NCBI GenBank assembly: GCA_003344405.1
Contig: NOWV01000224.1
Location: 62,001-110,500 of the forward strand
DNA: 48,500 bases
Reading direction: 5' to 3'
Source of the DNA: Trichoplax sp. H2
Taxonomy: Eukaryota
Shown here: positions 14,001 through 25,950 of the stretch, one piece after another
Layout: each line of letters opens with the position of its first letter
Numbering within the stretch: the first letter of the stretch is position 1
The notes under the pieces: generated by a model
Seen by the model: the letters and a program-made list of their open reading frames with translations, nothing else
The model's database searches: none
Told to the model about the DNA's origin: nothing
Translations under genes and position numbers: made by a program

Positions 14001-17000
14001 GTGAAATTGTTGGATTAACGAATACATTTTATTTAATTTTGAGGATTATCATGAAAAGAAGGGGATCAAACGTTAAGAGAGATGTTTATTATCGTACCAA
14101 ATGTGGTAAAACTCTGGTAAGGTTGCATTGATACTTTAAATATGTTTTAGATGTTCTCTGACGGAAGATTTACTTTTGGACATTAACTTTCATCTGTCAA
14201 ATTTAAAGCGCGATATAACAGAAGTGGAACAGTACTGTATGTAAACTACATCGTCGTATTTACTCAGATTATCGTCTTAAATAGATTTACTTCTGTAGTA
14301 GTTGAAATAATGTTTATTTTATGTCTATTTTAGTGCGGATGACGAATACAACTAACGTTTGCATTGATCAGTTTTGTTTCGACCCTTACGTCTTTGCCTG
14401 TGATTCTGTTATTGAAAGGAGTAGGGTAAGATAATGCAAGAATTCAACTTTATCGAATAAATACATTTCTTCATATAAATATTTTCCTTTATGAGAGTAA
14501 CCGATCTAATAGGTAGCCTTAGTTGGATTCTAATGGTAATTCTATACCTGATATGTTGTTACTTCTTGTTAGCCCCTCTCTGTAAATATTCCTGATATTA
14601 CATATGGTAAAGAAAGGATGCCCATTGCTGTTAGTATATACAATATCTTGCATTTCTTCGTTATATTAAATACTTTAGACTGACTGAATAACCATTTTTA
14701 ATTTGACATAAATATAGTGTGTTAATGAGGCCAATAGTGAGTTACCCAATGCTTTTGAATACGTTACCCAACGTCTATATTCAGATGGCGTTAAAATAGA
14801 CTTGGATGAAGGTTTTCTGTTATGTTGTGATTGCGACGATAACTGTTCGGTAAGTTTATTTTTAAAGGAGAAAGGATAATGCACTATATTACAATCTACA
14901 AGATCAACTTTAAAGACTATTTGATTCGGTTTAGGATGCAAGTAAATGCATTTGTAGACAGTTGACCAAAGTTTCATTTGAGGCTGTTACTGGTAGAAAT
15001 GGTGAACATATCGGCTATCATCACAGACGATTAGCTGAAAGGGTTATTAGCGGGTAAAAGCTTTTAGTATTTTATACACTTACCTAAATATTATCTGCAT
15101 TCTAATTAAATGTATACGTATAACATTTATGGACATACTTTTTAATTACTGATTATCTTTGGATTAATCAATAGGATATACGAATGTAATAATAAATGCG
15201 CTTGTAGCAACAGTAACCAGTGTTATAATAGAGTCATTCAAAATGGAGTACAAGTACGTATGGAAGTATTCAACACCAACGACCCTAGAGGTTGGGGTGT
15301 TCGGACTATTGATTGCATTCCAAAAGGTGCCTTTGTCTCAGTATATTCAGGTATAATCTTAACGGATGAACTCGCTAATAAGGTAATTGATTCGTAAAAG
15401 ACTCATTTATGATTTTATCAAGACCTACGGACGCAATAGAATGCTTAATACGTATTGCTTTATGTTTAATAGAAAGGTCTCGATCATGGCGATGAATATC
15501 TAATAAATTTAGATCTAATAGGTAATTTACAGAATTTGGTAGAAGCCATTTAATGTAATCAATTTGTTAATAAAGAGAATGAAGTTATTTATAAAATGAA
15601 AATTTATTTTACGGTAGATTCAGCAGAAAGATATAAGAAAGATGGATATGAAACTGAAGTCAATCTAGGATCTGATAGCCAAGACTCGTCTGGTAGTTAC
15701 GAGCTGATTTCGGAGTATGTATGCCATATTATAATCAAATTATAACAAACTTTGTTTAACCTAAATGATATATCGTTGTTTAGATCTACTGTTTCTGAAT
15801 ACAGTAGCGATAACTCCTCTAAGGTAAGCCTAATGATTGCTTTCAGGTAATTTGATGAAGCTATTTGTAACTAAATATCAACCGTGGCCTTGCACGCATC
15901 AATAATTAATGATTGTAGATATTAGATTTGATACCTGATGATAGTGGGACCGATAATACTGAAATTGAAGAATCTATAGAGTTGTAAGTATTATAATTGA
16001 CACAGAATTGGAGATAATATATTTCTATTACATGATTTGACGAAGAGATTGATTGATTCATCATCATTACTCCTACGAACAAACGATCAAATAGGGCCTA
16101 TAATGTGAATGATGCTGAGCATTGTAGTACTAACGATGTACCGATAACGGTGAACGACAAACTGAAGAATGTAATTACAGAAAGTGTCAGCTAGAGTATT
16201 AATAGTGTTGATAATAATGAATATATTACTGGCATTGATAGTGAATAGGAAAGATTGCCTAGTTCTGATGTACTATCATTAGTAAATGATGTTGATGATG
16301 ATGCTTATAAATTGAATTATATGTCAATACTGAAGCTTTCTTTCTCTACGTTACTGCTTTAAAAATCAATAGTCCGTTAGGGAGGTTCGTAGAGAATTGC
16401 GTTCATATTTCAACGAGATTGAACCCTATACGATTGATGCTAAAATGTTTGGTAATGTTAGTCGTTTCTATAATGTAAGTCAACTTTTCTATGAACATGT
16501 ATTCTTATCTATTGCCTATAATTGATGATTACTAGCTGTCTTTAAAATTATTTCTGCATTTTGCTGTATTAGTGCAATTGACGTTTTTGTTATTTTTCTC
16601 TTTATTTAGCATAGTTGTAATCCAAATTTATTTGTGCAAACAGTGTTTGCAGATTCTCACGATTTGCGGTTTCCATGGATTGCTTTCTTTGCAGCAAAGT
16701 AAGTTAAGATAGACAGTAAAAATGCGTCATCATCAATTTTATTGTTAATACATACCCAATCAAGCAAACCATATTAATTAATTAATTATGTAATTGTTTC
16801 CTTTTGAATATAAAACATATTTTATATGATTAAATTAAATGAAATCTAAAATTTCTAATATTGGATATTGTAACCATACTCGTATTTCATTATTCTTATA
16901 AAAAAAATCATGCTATTCATTTTTGCCTATTGTTCCTAAAATTGTATGACGTTAACGTAAATGTCATATAAAAAATAATTAAGATACTAGAAACAATTGC

Positions 17001-17188
17001 TGTCTATCGATTTATCATTACATCTAGCTGATTTTCATATTATAAGACATTTTTGTATTGTTGTTGGTAGCTATATACGAGCTGGCACAGAATTGACGTG
17101 GGATTATGGTTATAAGATCGGTAGTGTGGAAGGAAAGCAATTTGTTTGTCACTGCAAAGCCAAAAACTGCAGAGGAAGACTATATTAA
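11051..17188 (+). CDS. SETDB1: Histone-lysine N-methyltransferase SETDB1 (multi-exon; 5' end uncertain, may start at ATG 9685)
   Basis: Spliced GT-AG exons translate to: Tudor ([14 protein letters not shown] 11969-12054; FKVRFS...[34 protein letters not shown]), MBD ([36 protein letters not shown]), pre-SET ([35 protein letters not shown]...CYNRVIQNG), SET-N ([22 protein letters not shown]), acidic insert, SET-C ([54 protein letters not shown]) and post-SET ([13 protein letters not shown], stop 17186-17188). Confidence 0.95.
11590..11890. repeat. Intronic tandem duplication, ~105-bp unit, 2 good copies plus 1 degenerate copy
   Basis: ccaaagtagtaataaaacca..ttttgtatagcctttatgcttcggtac at ~11604 and ~11709, degenerate copy from ~11816. 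Lies inside a SETDB1 intron. Confidence 0.8.
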
Positions 17189-17269
17189 ATAATAATGATG
17201 ATAACTTTGTAATCAGCCTGTCCAGGCCGTGATGTAAATTTGTAATATGTTTCTTTTTGATATATTCAA

Positions 17270-17275
17270 AATAAA
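17270..17275 (+). promoter_or_regulatory. Candidate polyadenylation signal of SETDB1
   Basis: AATAAA about 80 nt after the SETDB1 stop. The AT-rich background lowers specificity. Confidence 0.4.
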
Positions 17276-20200
17276 TTTCCTCGGAGTAACATAGTGGTAA
17301 GAGTAAGCATAAATAACAAGTTGAGTTAATTAAATAGATACTGTCATTCTGATTTTTAATATAATACTATATATAATAGGGGCTATATAATAGTAACATC
17401 AATACGCATAATGTTGCTATTGCATGACAAAAAATGTTCCATCGGAGTAATAAAGCTTGAACATGCTGAGTTCGCAAAATAATAGTTGAACAAATGAAGT
17501 TAATCATACGAAACAGTGTCCATCTAGTAAACAGAACAATTTTGAACTGAATGAATTCATTATTATCACCAAGAATATTGACATATTTAATTTTTCTGAC
17601 CATCATTCTATCCTATATAATTTTTGTTTGTGTCAACTTTTCTCGGAATGGATAAGCAATGTATGACCTGTGCGGATACACATCTACAGTATATTGATAT
17701 TTCTAAAGTGCTAGTCAATCTTTAGACTTTAATTAATTTATACCAGAGGAGATGTATTTAAATTGGATTACGTATCTGTCTTTGGACTAATTATTCAACA
17801 ATGCTAAAATATGTCCATTCCCATAATTGCTTTTATTTGGCTAATACCGGAGTAAATACTTGAATGTTTTTTTCTTCCATTAATACCGTTATTGAAATTG
17901 GCGATATTACTACCGTAGTACTGTCTGCACTCTGCAGATATAGATGTTCTAGAAGTGTATAGTAATATTTGGGATATTTATAGGTTGACATTAACTCCGA
18001 ATAGATTTAATTAATTAGAGATGTGCGTTGGTACCCAATTTCTTACCGGGTAACCCCACTTAAAACTACAATAATTTGAATTACATTTTAATGATATTTA
18101 CTATTTTTGCACTATTTATCCTAACGGTTAATTAATTTTATACTACAATCATAAAAGTACTGGATATCCAATATTGTCCATGCTGCAGGATCGAGCAAGT
18201 TTTTACGCGTCAAAGAAATCTTGAGGAGTTGCGACAGATTCATTAGCGATCACCCTGCACTTTGGTTGCTTGAAGTGATGAAATTTCTAGTTTATTATTG
18301 CTAAAAGGATACTTCAAGTGCAGGCGTCATGGTTACTTATTTAGTGCGTCTATCGGTTGCCTATTAATTAGTGCTTGCACTTGGGTTGAATACGTACTGT
18401 ATAGACTAGTAGTATACTGTACGCTTGCAGAATCAATTTGGCAATTATATTTATCTACCCCTATTTATTGGAGATCGTAAACTCTCTTATGATAGAGTCT
18501 CGCTTTGTATACCGCGGAAACAATTTGGTGTGTATTCTTATTGACTGTTTAAAAAAAAATTGAACTACCGGATGTGTCTTACGTCTCTTCCGTGATGTAA
18601 TTATTATTATTGTGAGCACTCCATGAAAAGTATAGAATCCAATCTGCACTGAAATTTGTATAATATTATGCGTAAAACCACTAGAAGCAACAAACTATCT
18701 GGCTAGTTACTCTATTAAACTACGTTATCAAGCATGAATAGGAGGATAAAGATATTCGAGGATTACTTTAGAATTAACTCTGTCTTGAAGAAGACGATGA
18801 GTGTGCATCTGGTTTACTTTTAAAACGAGTATGGCAACAGTTGCGAGTAAAGGACATTAGCAGGCGAATCGTTTTACAAAAAATGAACTCCAAATGAATA
18901 AATGTAAAATGTTCTGGTGATGAGTCAGAGACAGAAGAAATGATGGAAAAATAATTTCTAATGATGATTGTTCCAATTGATAAGTGTAATGCTAATGGAT
19001 AACATGTGATTTAGGTAATCATGTAATGGCTGGCACCAAGGAACAAACGAATCGATACTCTGGAGTTGTTATTATCAATTAAGTGCGGCGCCATACGTTC
19101 TAAACCAGCTCAGCTGTCGTGGTATTGTGCAATAGCATTAGCAATTTTTCTCATTAATTCAAAAATTCGGCCTGTGTAAAAGCTTTTATTTCTTTTATTC
19201 TAATTGTATTATCGTATCATAACATGACACGTAATTATAAGCGGCGATGATGATTGGAATAGGACGATATTTATTGCTTTCATCTGGATGAAATGAACTT
19301 ATCCATAACAGTAACATCATCAAGGAAGAGTGGGTAAAACATTACGTACACCTTTCTCTATTAGCAATTTAGCATAGGATGGATAGCAACCCTAATTCGA
19401 GTAGAGAAAGGAAACAAAGTGTATTTGGATTTGAAGTTTGTCTACTGGGTAGTAGGTCTACATTAAGTTAATGCCGCTTGCCTTTCTGTCAGTCCGATTT
19501 GCCTTAGCTGCTATCAACAATGAGGATAATTCATTAGCGATAGCTCGATGGAAGCATGTTGCCCCATCGAGTAGGTCAACAAGTACAGTAGAGTACGAGT
19601 GTAGCGGCGGAACAAGATAAAATAAAGATCGGATTGCAATCGACTATTAAAAACTACACGAATTCATGGGTGACCGACTAAATGGATTGCCTATCGACTG
19701 TAGTTATTTATTTATTTATTAATTATTATCGATACAATTTACGCAATGGAACGATGATGATTGATGGATAATGATGATGAAGGATGCTTTGATGTTTGTC
19801 GTCCTATTCTGATAAATTATTAATTGATTGATTAATAGGATGGATCAGAATGGATGGATGGTAGTTTGAGTGGAGTGAATTGACTAGAATGATATGTTTT
19901 GCTCGATTGGTAGAAATGGAGCAAAGTTGTGGTTGGTGAAGAATATGATGATTAATTCATTGATTGCGATTGTTGACGTCTTTGCTATGCAATGGAAGTC
20001 ATTGATATTAGATAAGGGTTTTCAATCATTTATTAATCTTACGGTAATTATTAGACTACGTGCATGCATGGACAATATCGCCAACATCAATGCATAAATG
20101 CTATCCTTGAAAGCCTGACCAAACGATCAAGTATGTTGTTGTCTTTCAAGTTTGTTGCCATCGCTGCATTTGCTACAGCTCAAACTGCCAACATGTGAAT

Positions 20201-22125
20201 TGTCGCATGGACAACAGATGTTAATGCTATAGCAATGGCTACCAGCTGAGATAATACGAACAATCAATGATGCCAATTGAATGCAATATCATAATATAAG
20301 TCAGCAAACAAGGATATGTTGTATGGATAGAATACAAATAATCAATAACTGCACAATTCTCAGTTGTCTATTGTCATAACTGCTACAACAACAAAGCTAC
20401 TTGAAAATACTTTCAATGAAGAATCATGCTTGAGAAAAATAAATAACAATATGGTTAATACATAAGGGCAAAGGATATCGCTAAGCTTATTGTTTAGGGC
20501 CATCATTTGAAAAGATTTCCTTTTTTTTTTTCCCTGTTTATTTGTCATAATTTGGGGTGCTGGTGACGTCTTCTATTGGTATAAGAAATCAACTATTCTG
20601 AAGGGTTATTGACGCTGTTGTTGTTGATGTAGATGTTAGCAACAGTTCACCACTAGTCTTGTTTACGATGGATATGAAGGCAACATTACAATAAAAGTGA
20701 GAGACAAGCAAGTTGTTGACTAGCGCCACTAGTCCATTAATTAGTCATAATTGATGAGAATGAATGCAGTGGAATAGCGGACATTAGTTTAATGACTGGA
20801 CGTACGAATGGAGATTTTAATTAACAACAAGGATTTAGCAAGAGGTGATAGCAAGCAAAATAACGTCTTGTCTGCTGTCCTATCATGGGTTCTGGGCCAA
20901 ATCATTTTGACCACGACGGTCTCTCCATACCGATAACAGTTGTGATGAAGGCTTGCTACTAGGCAATACTTTCACCTCTACACTATGATGGAATGAGTTT
21001 GTCATTCATTTCCACTGTCTTTCTCTCTCATGAATCCACCATCTAGCTCGATGATGGATTCATTGCTTGCTCTTTCAATCCATAACAGCTCCATAGTGCA
21101 TCGTCAAGACGAATCGATTGCTTGTAGACTGCTTGTGTGTACAGTAGACTACCGTGTCTCCTTAATCTTGTATACCGTAATGGAAAAACCAGCACGCTAT
21201 TACCACCCAGAGAGTTGAAAGATTGCTTTTGAATAATTGCTCTTTATTAGAATAACATGACACGAAATGAAATTGGGTCAATAAAAAAAAGTCATCTTTC
21301 CCCTCACTCCACCGATAGCAAACCGTTGTCCTACTGTAAGATCGGATGGATTTTGCAAGGAGTAGAAATGCATATCACGGTTATCGCTATTGTACACTGT
21401 ACTGTATATCCTAGAAGAATTCTATTTATCACTCATGTCGGCGTGGAGAGCTAGAAGATCAATTTGCTTCTTTTTTTCCACCTTTATCTTCATGCAAAAT
21501 ATTTATGGATATTTTCTTGACAGTAATACAGTCCCTGCAGTACAGTACTGTACAGTCAGGAATGGTTATGCAGCGTGTAGAACTTCTATTTCCATTTTTC
21601 CAAATGAAATAAAAGTGGCCAAAACGGATGAATGGTATTGAATTTTTTTCCAAATGTTGACCTATTGAATTTGGTTTAATTTTGCTGCACAAATTAACCA
21701 TCAAAGTATGCACCGATTTCTATAAAAGAGATTGTATATGTTATGTTGTCCAATAAGGTGTACTGTACTGTAGTGTAATGCATGGCAGGAGGTAAAAGCT
21801 TTCTCTACAGCACAGCACAAGAGCTACTGCTACTTGCGTGCAGTATACTGCAGGTTGGTTACTGATAGAAAGATGGAGTGAGCATTTTTTGCTTGCTTTC
21901 TTGAAGGCATTTTGCGGTCTGATCGTACAGCTCCTTTTTGTCTCCTGAAATTCGCCAATATCATAACAATAATAAGAATGCTGTTGCAGATCAATCAAGA
22001 ATGATGATAAAGAAAGGAGTAAGAGCGCATGATTCATTGAGGCGAAAACTGGCATCGACTTACGTTGCCTGCTGGTGGATTATTGTGCGCATTCTACGTC
22101 TGTGTATTTACCAACGATGTTTTTT

Positions 22126-24140
22126 GTTATCCTTTCCAGCGCATCATGATTGATTGTCATCAATTCTCTATGCTATAGACAGTCGAGCACAATCATTGGA
22201 ATAGACTGTTGACAATGAATTGTATGAAGAGGACAAATGGAGAATGATGACGAGATCAGTCACTACTTCCACATTTGCCAGTTGATCCAATTGGATTGTA
22301 TGAAAAGGACAAATGGAGAATGATGACGAGATCAGTCACTCGTTCCACATTTGCCAGTTGATCCAATTGGATTGTATGAAAAGGACAAATGGAGAATGAT
22401 GACGAGATCAGTCACTACTATATTTGCCAGTTGATCCAATTGGATTGTATGAAAAGGACAAATGGAGAATGATGACGAGATCAGTCACTTCTTCCACATT
22501 TGCCAGTTGATCCAATTGGAGCAAGCTCTAGCTCCAACTNNNNNNNNNNNNNNNNNNNNTTATCCTTTCCAGCGCATCATGATTGATTGTCATAAATTCT
22601 CTATGCTGTAGACAGTCGAGCACAATCATTGGAATAGACTGTTGACAATGGATTGTATGAAAAGGACAAATGGAGAATGATGACGAGATCAGTCACTCCT
22701 TCCACATTTGCCAGTTGATCCAATTGGAGCAAGCTATGAAAAGGACAAATGGAGAATGATGACGATATCAGTCACTACTTCCATATTTGCCAGTTGATCC
22801 AATTGGAGCAAGCTATGAAAAGGACAAATGGAGAATGATGACGAGATCAGTCACTTCTTCCACATTTGCCAGTTGATCCAATTGGAGCAAGCTCTAGCTC
22901 CAACTCGTGCAGTCAACAGCCTAACACGTGTCTAGTCATTGCTATTGATCACTGCTTCCAGTCGATTCTACGTACAATCAATCATCAGTCGAAGAAGCAA
23001 GATAGCGCCATGAAACAGAGTCTTGCAACAAAAAAAAAAAAACATGCAAGCGCCATTATTGTCCATACTCTTGGAATACAGTAAGGTTGATGCTCGGGCC
23101 GGACCGGGCCATAATAACACGGTGTGCTGTCTGTCGATCGTCTGTCCCGTCGACTAGAATGTACAGTACAGACTATCCTGACAGCCACGTACTGTACACG
23201 GTAGACCAGGGACACACTACTGTGAAATCACCAGTACCCTTGCGCAGAACTACTGAGCACAAAGGGTACAGTCCGTACCGTACCGTACCGTATCGTTCCA
23301 GTATTTAGGACGTGGAGAAAGAAAAGAGCTTCAATCGTTATCGGGTTGTCATCCACTTGATAGGCAAACATTGAAGAGAAGCAAAACTACAAGTGGAAAT
23401 TAGGTTGCAAGGAAAAATTATCAACGCCATTCAAGCGAGANNNNNNNNNNNNNNNNNNNNATTTGCCAGTTGATCCAATTGGATTGTATGAAAAGGACAA
23501 ATGGAGAATGATGACGAGATCAGTCACTTCTTCCACATTTGCCAGTTGATCCAATTGGAGCAAGCTCTAGCTCCAACTGGTGCAGTTAACAGCCTAACAC
23601 GTGTCTAGTCATTGCTATTCATCACTGCTTCCAGTCGATTCTACGTACAATCAATCATCAGTCGAAGAAGCAAGATAGCGCCATGAAAAAGAGTCTTGCA
23701 AGTTGCAACAACAAAAAAAAAAAACATGCAAGCGCCATTATTGTCCATACTCTTGGAATACAGTAAGGTTGATGCTCGGGCCGGACCGGGCCATAATAAC
23801 ACGGTGTGCTGTCTGTCGATCGTCTGTCCCGTCGACTAGAATGTACAGTGTACACTTGTACAGTACAGACCATCCTGACAGCCACGTACTGTACTGTACA
23901 CGGTAGACCAGGGACACACTACTGTGAAATCAACAGTACCCTTGCGCAGAACTACTGAGCACAAAGTGTACAGTCCGTATCGTACCGTACCGTACCGTTC
24001 CAGTATTTAGGACGTGGAGAAAGAAAAGAGCTTCAATCGTTATCGGGTTGTCATCCACTTGATAGGCAAACATTGAAGAGAAGCAAAACTACAAGTGGAA
24101 ATTAGGTTGCAAGGAAAAATTATCAACGCCATTCAAGCGA
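22126..24140. other. Gap-flanked near-identical duplications (22127-22539 vs 22560-22905; 22865-23440 vs ~23537-24140), probably redundant haplotype contigs
   Basis: Sequence after each 20-N gap (22540-22559, 23441-23460) re-reads sequence before the gap with a few SNPs and indels. Confidence 0.75.
22218..22885. repeat. Tandem minisatellite, ~76-bp unit, interrupted by an N gap; one more copy at 23461-23560
   Basis: gattgtatgaaaaggacaaatggagaatgatgacgagatcagtcactacttccacatttgccagttgatccaattg (22221, 22297...). Confidence 0.9.
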
Positions 24141-25514
24141 GACTGGAAGGATTTCCACCATATTAGCGATTGACTTTGCTTGGTTATTATCATCCTTGGT
24201 GGTGGTGAGAACAACTTGTATCGGATAGAAGACTATCGCTTTGAAAGCGATTGAAGACGTACGGGTACAGTCAAGGTAAAACTTGTAAGGCAATCGTTGA
24301 TCAGGTTGTTTTTCTTTCAAGTCTATTTTGATATGGCTTGCACCAAACGCAATAGACTTTCTAATCAACGGGGTAGGATTGCTCCAATCGATCACGCTTC
24401 TTTTCCATCCTACTGGACACAGGATACAAGGGCATAACGGCTATTTTTTTTTTTTTTTCTGATAACCAATCATCCATAGTCATCATGAAGTTGGACAAAA
24501 AAATACAAAACCCAATCATCATCACAGTTCTACTCTCTCCTATACTAAACGTACATCACTTGTTCCAACAATAACTTACCTTTTGACTTGATTGATTAGC
24601 CAGTCATGATGGAGACGATCAAATTCAGCATTTTGAATCACTTTCTCCACATGGTTTCTATGCTGTCGATTTCATTGCTATACAACGACGAAAAGGCTAG
24701 ACAAATGACTAGAGTTGACCGTCCAATATGGAGCATTTTCGATACTGTACCATGTTTTACAACGAGATGCATTAGTCATCATTTCTATCTTTGACAGTAC
24801 AATAAAAAGTTTTTCCTCGGTAAGAGCACCTTTCATGCCCATTGATAGCCAATTTACCATTATTCAACGACTTTTTACATCGGTCAGAAAGTCCAATGTT
24901 AGCTTACCTCTTCATTCTTACTGCCAACTAAATCAATTTCTCTTGGTTGATTCTACAACATTGTTGTTCGACTCATTTCCAAGGTACAGTATGCTGTCTT
25001 AGCATCGACTGGATAGAAAATAGTCATCATCATCGTTATTTTAGAGCCTATGTAATGCATTTCGCCTTTAGCTGTACCAGATAGCAATCGATGGCTACAC
25101 TATACTCTACGTACATACACAGTCTTACTCTTGCAACATTTTTTCCTTTATACTATCGAGAATGCTGGTACAGGTATCGTAGTGGGAATGGTTAGTAAAC
25201 TCCAATAGGACGATGACTAAAATCAGTATCCCTTTGGTATACATACGACTGTTTTCTCCATAAAACAATTTTACTGTACTTTTTTTTTTTTTTTTATTAT
25301 TATCCTTTGACTAGTATAATGTAGAAACACAATTTCATCAAAATTTCCTAGACCAATAAATTGTCTCCAAACGTTGTTACAGTATGAGAGAGATATCCAG
25401 GTGTAATGGTCCAAAAAATTGAAAAAGATTTGAAAACGTCAAGCATTCTCGGCGCCACAGTTCATCTCGCATACAACGTCAACACGACGTCATTTTCACC
25501 CAATATTTTTATTT

Positions 25515-25950
25515 CTATCTTATGATGGAGAGACTCTATACTAGACTCGACTGTTGGCTTTGGTATGATTTCCTTTTCTTTCATGTATTCCTCCTATCTT
25601 ACGATAGACTCTATACTGGACCGTTTGCTTTTGATCCCAAGCACACCGTTGGTATGATCTCCTTTTCTTTCATTTACTTCTATCTTATGATAAATTCCAT
25701 ACTGACTGGCGGACTGTTTGCTTTTGATCCCAAGCATACCTTTGGTATGATTTCCTTTTCTATCATTTATTCCTCCTATCTTATGATAAATTCCATACTG
25801 GACTGGACTGTTTGCTTTCCATCCTAACCATACCTTTGGTATCGTTTCCTTTTCTATCATTTATTCCTCCTATCTTATGATAAATTCCATACTAGACTGG
25901 ACTGTTTGCTTTTGATCCTAACCATACCGTTGGTATCATTTCCTTGTCTT
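25515..25950. repeat. Tandem repeat, ~90-94-bp unit, about 4.5 copies
   Basis: ttggtatgatttccttttctatcatttattcctcctatcttatgataaattccatact...ctgtttgcttttgatcc recurs near 25560, 25649, 25742, 25836 and 25930. Confidence 0.9.

Noticed and set aside
22866..23906. Paired similar ORFs suggesting a duplicated gene
   Set aside because: They arise from the gap-flanked duplicate. Indels between copies shift the frames and no domain is recognisable.
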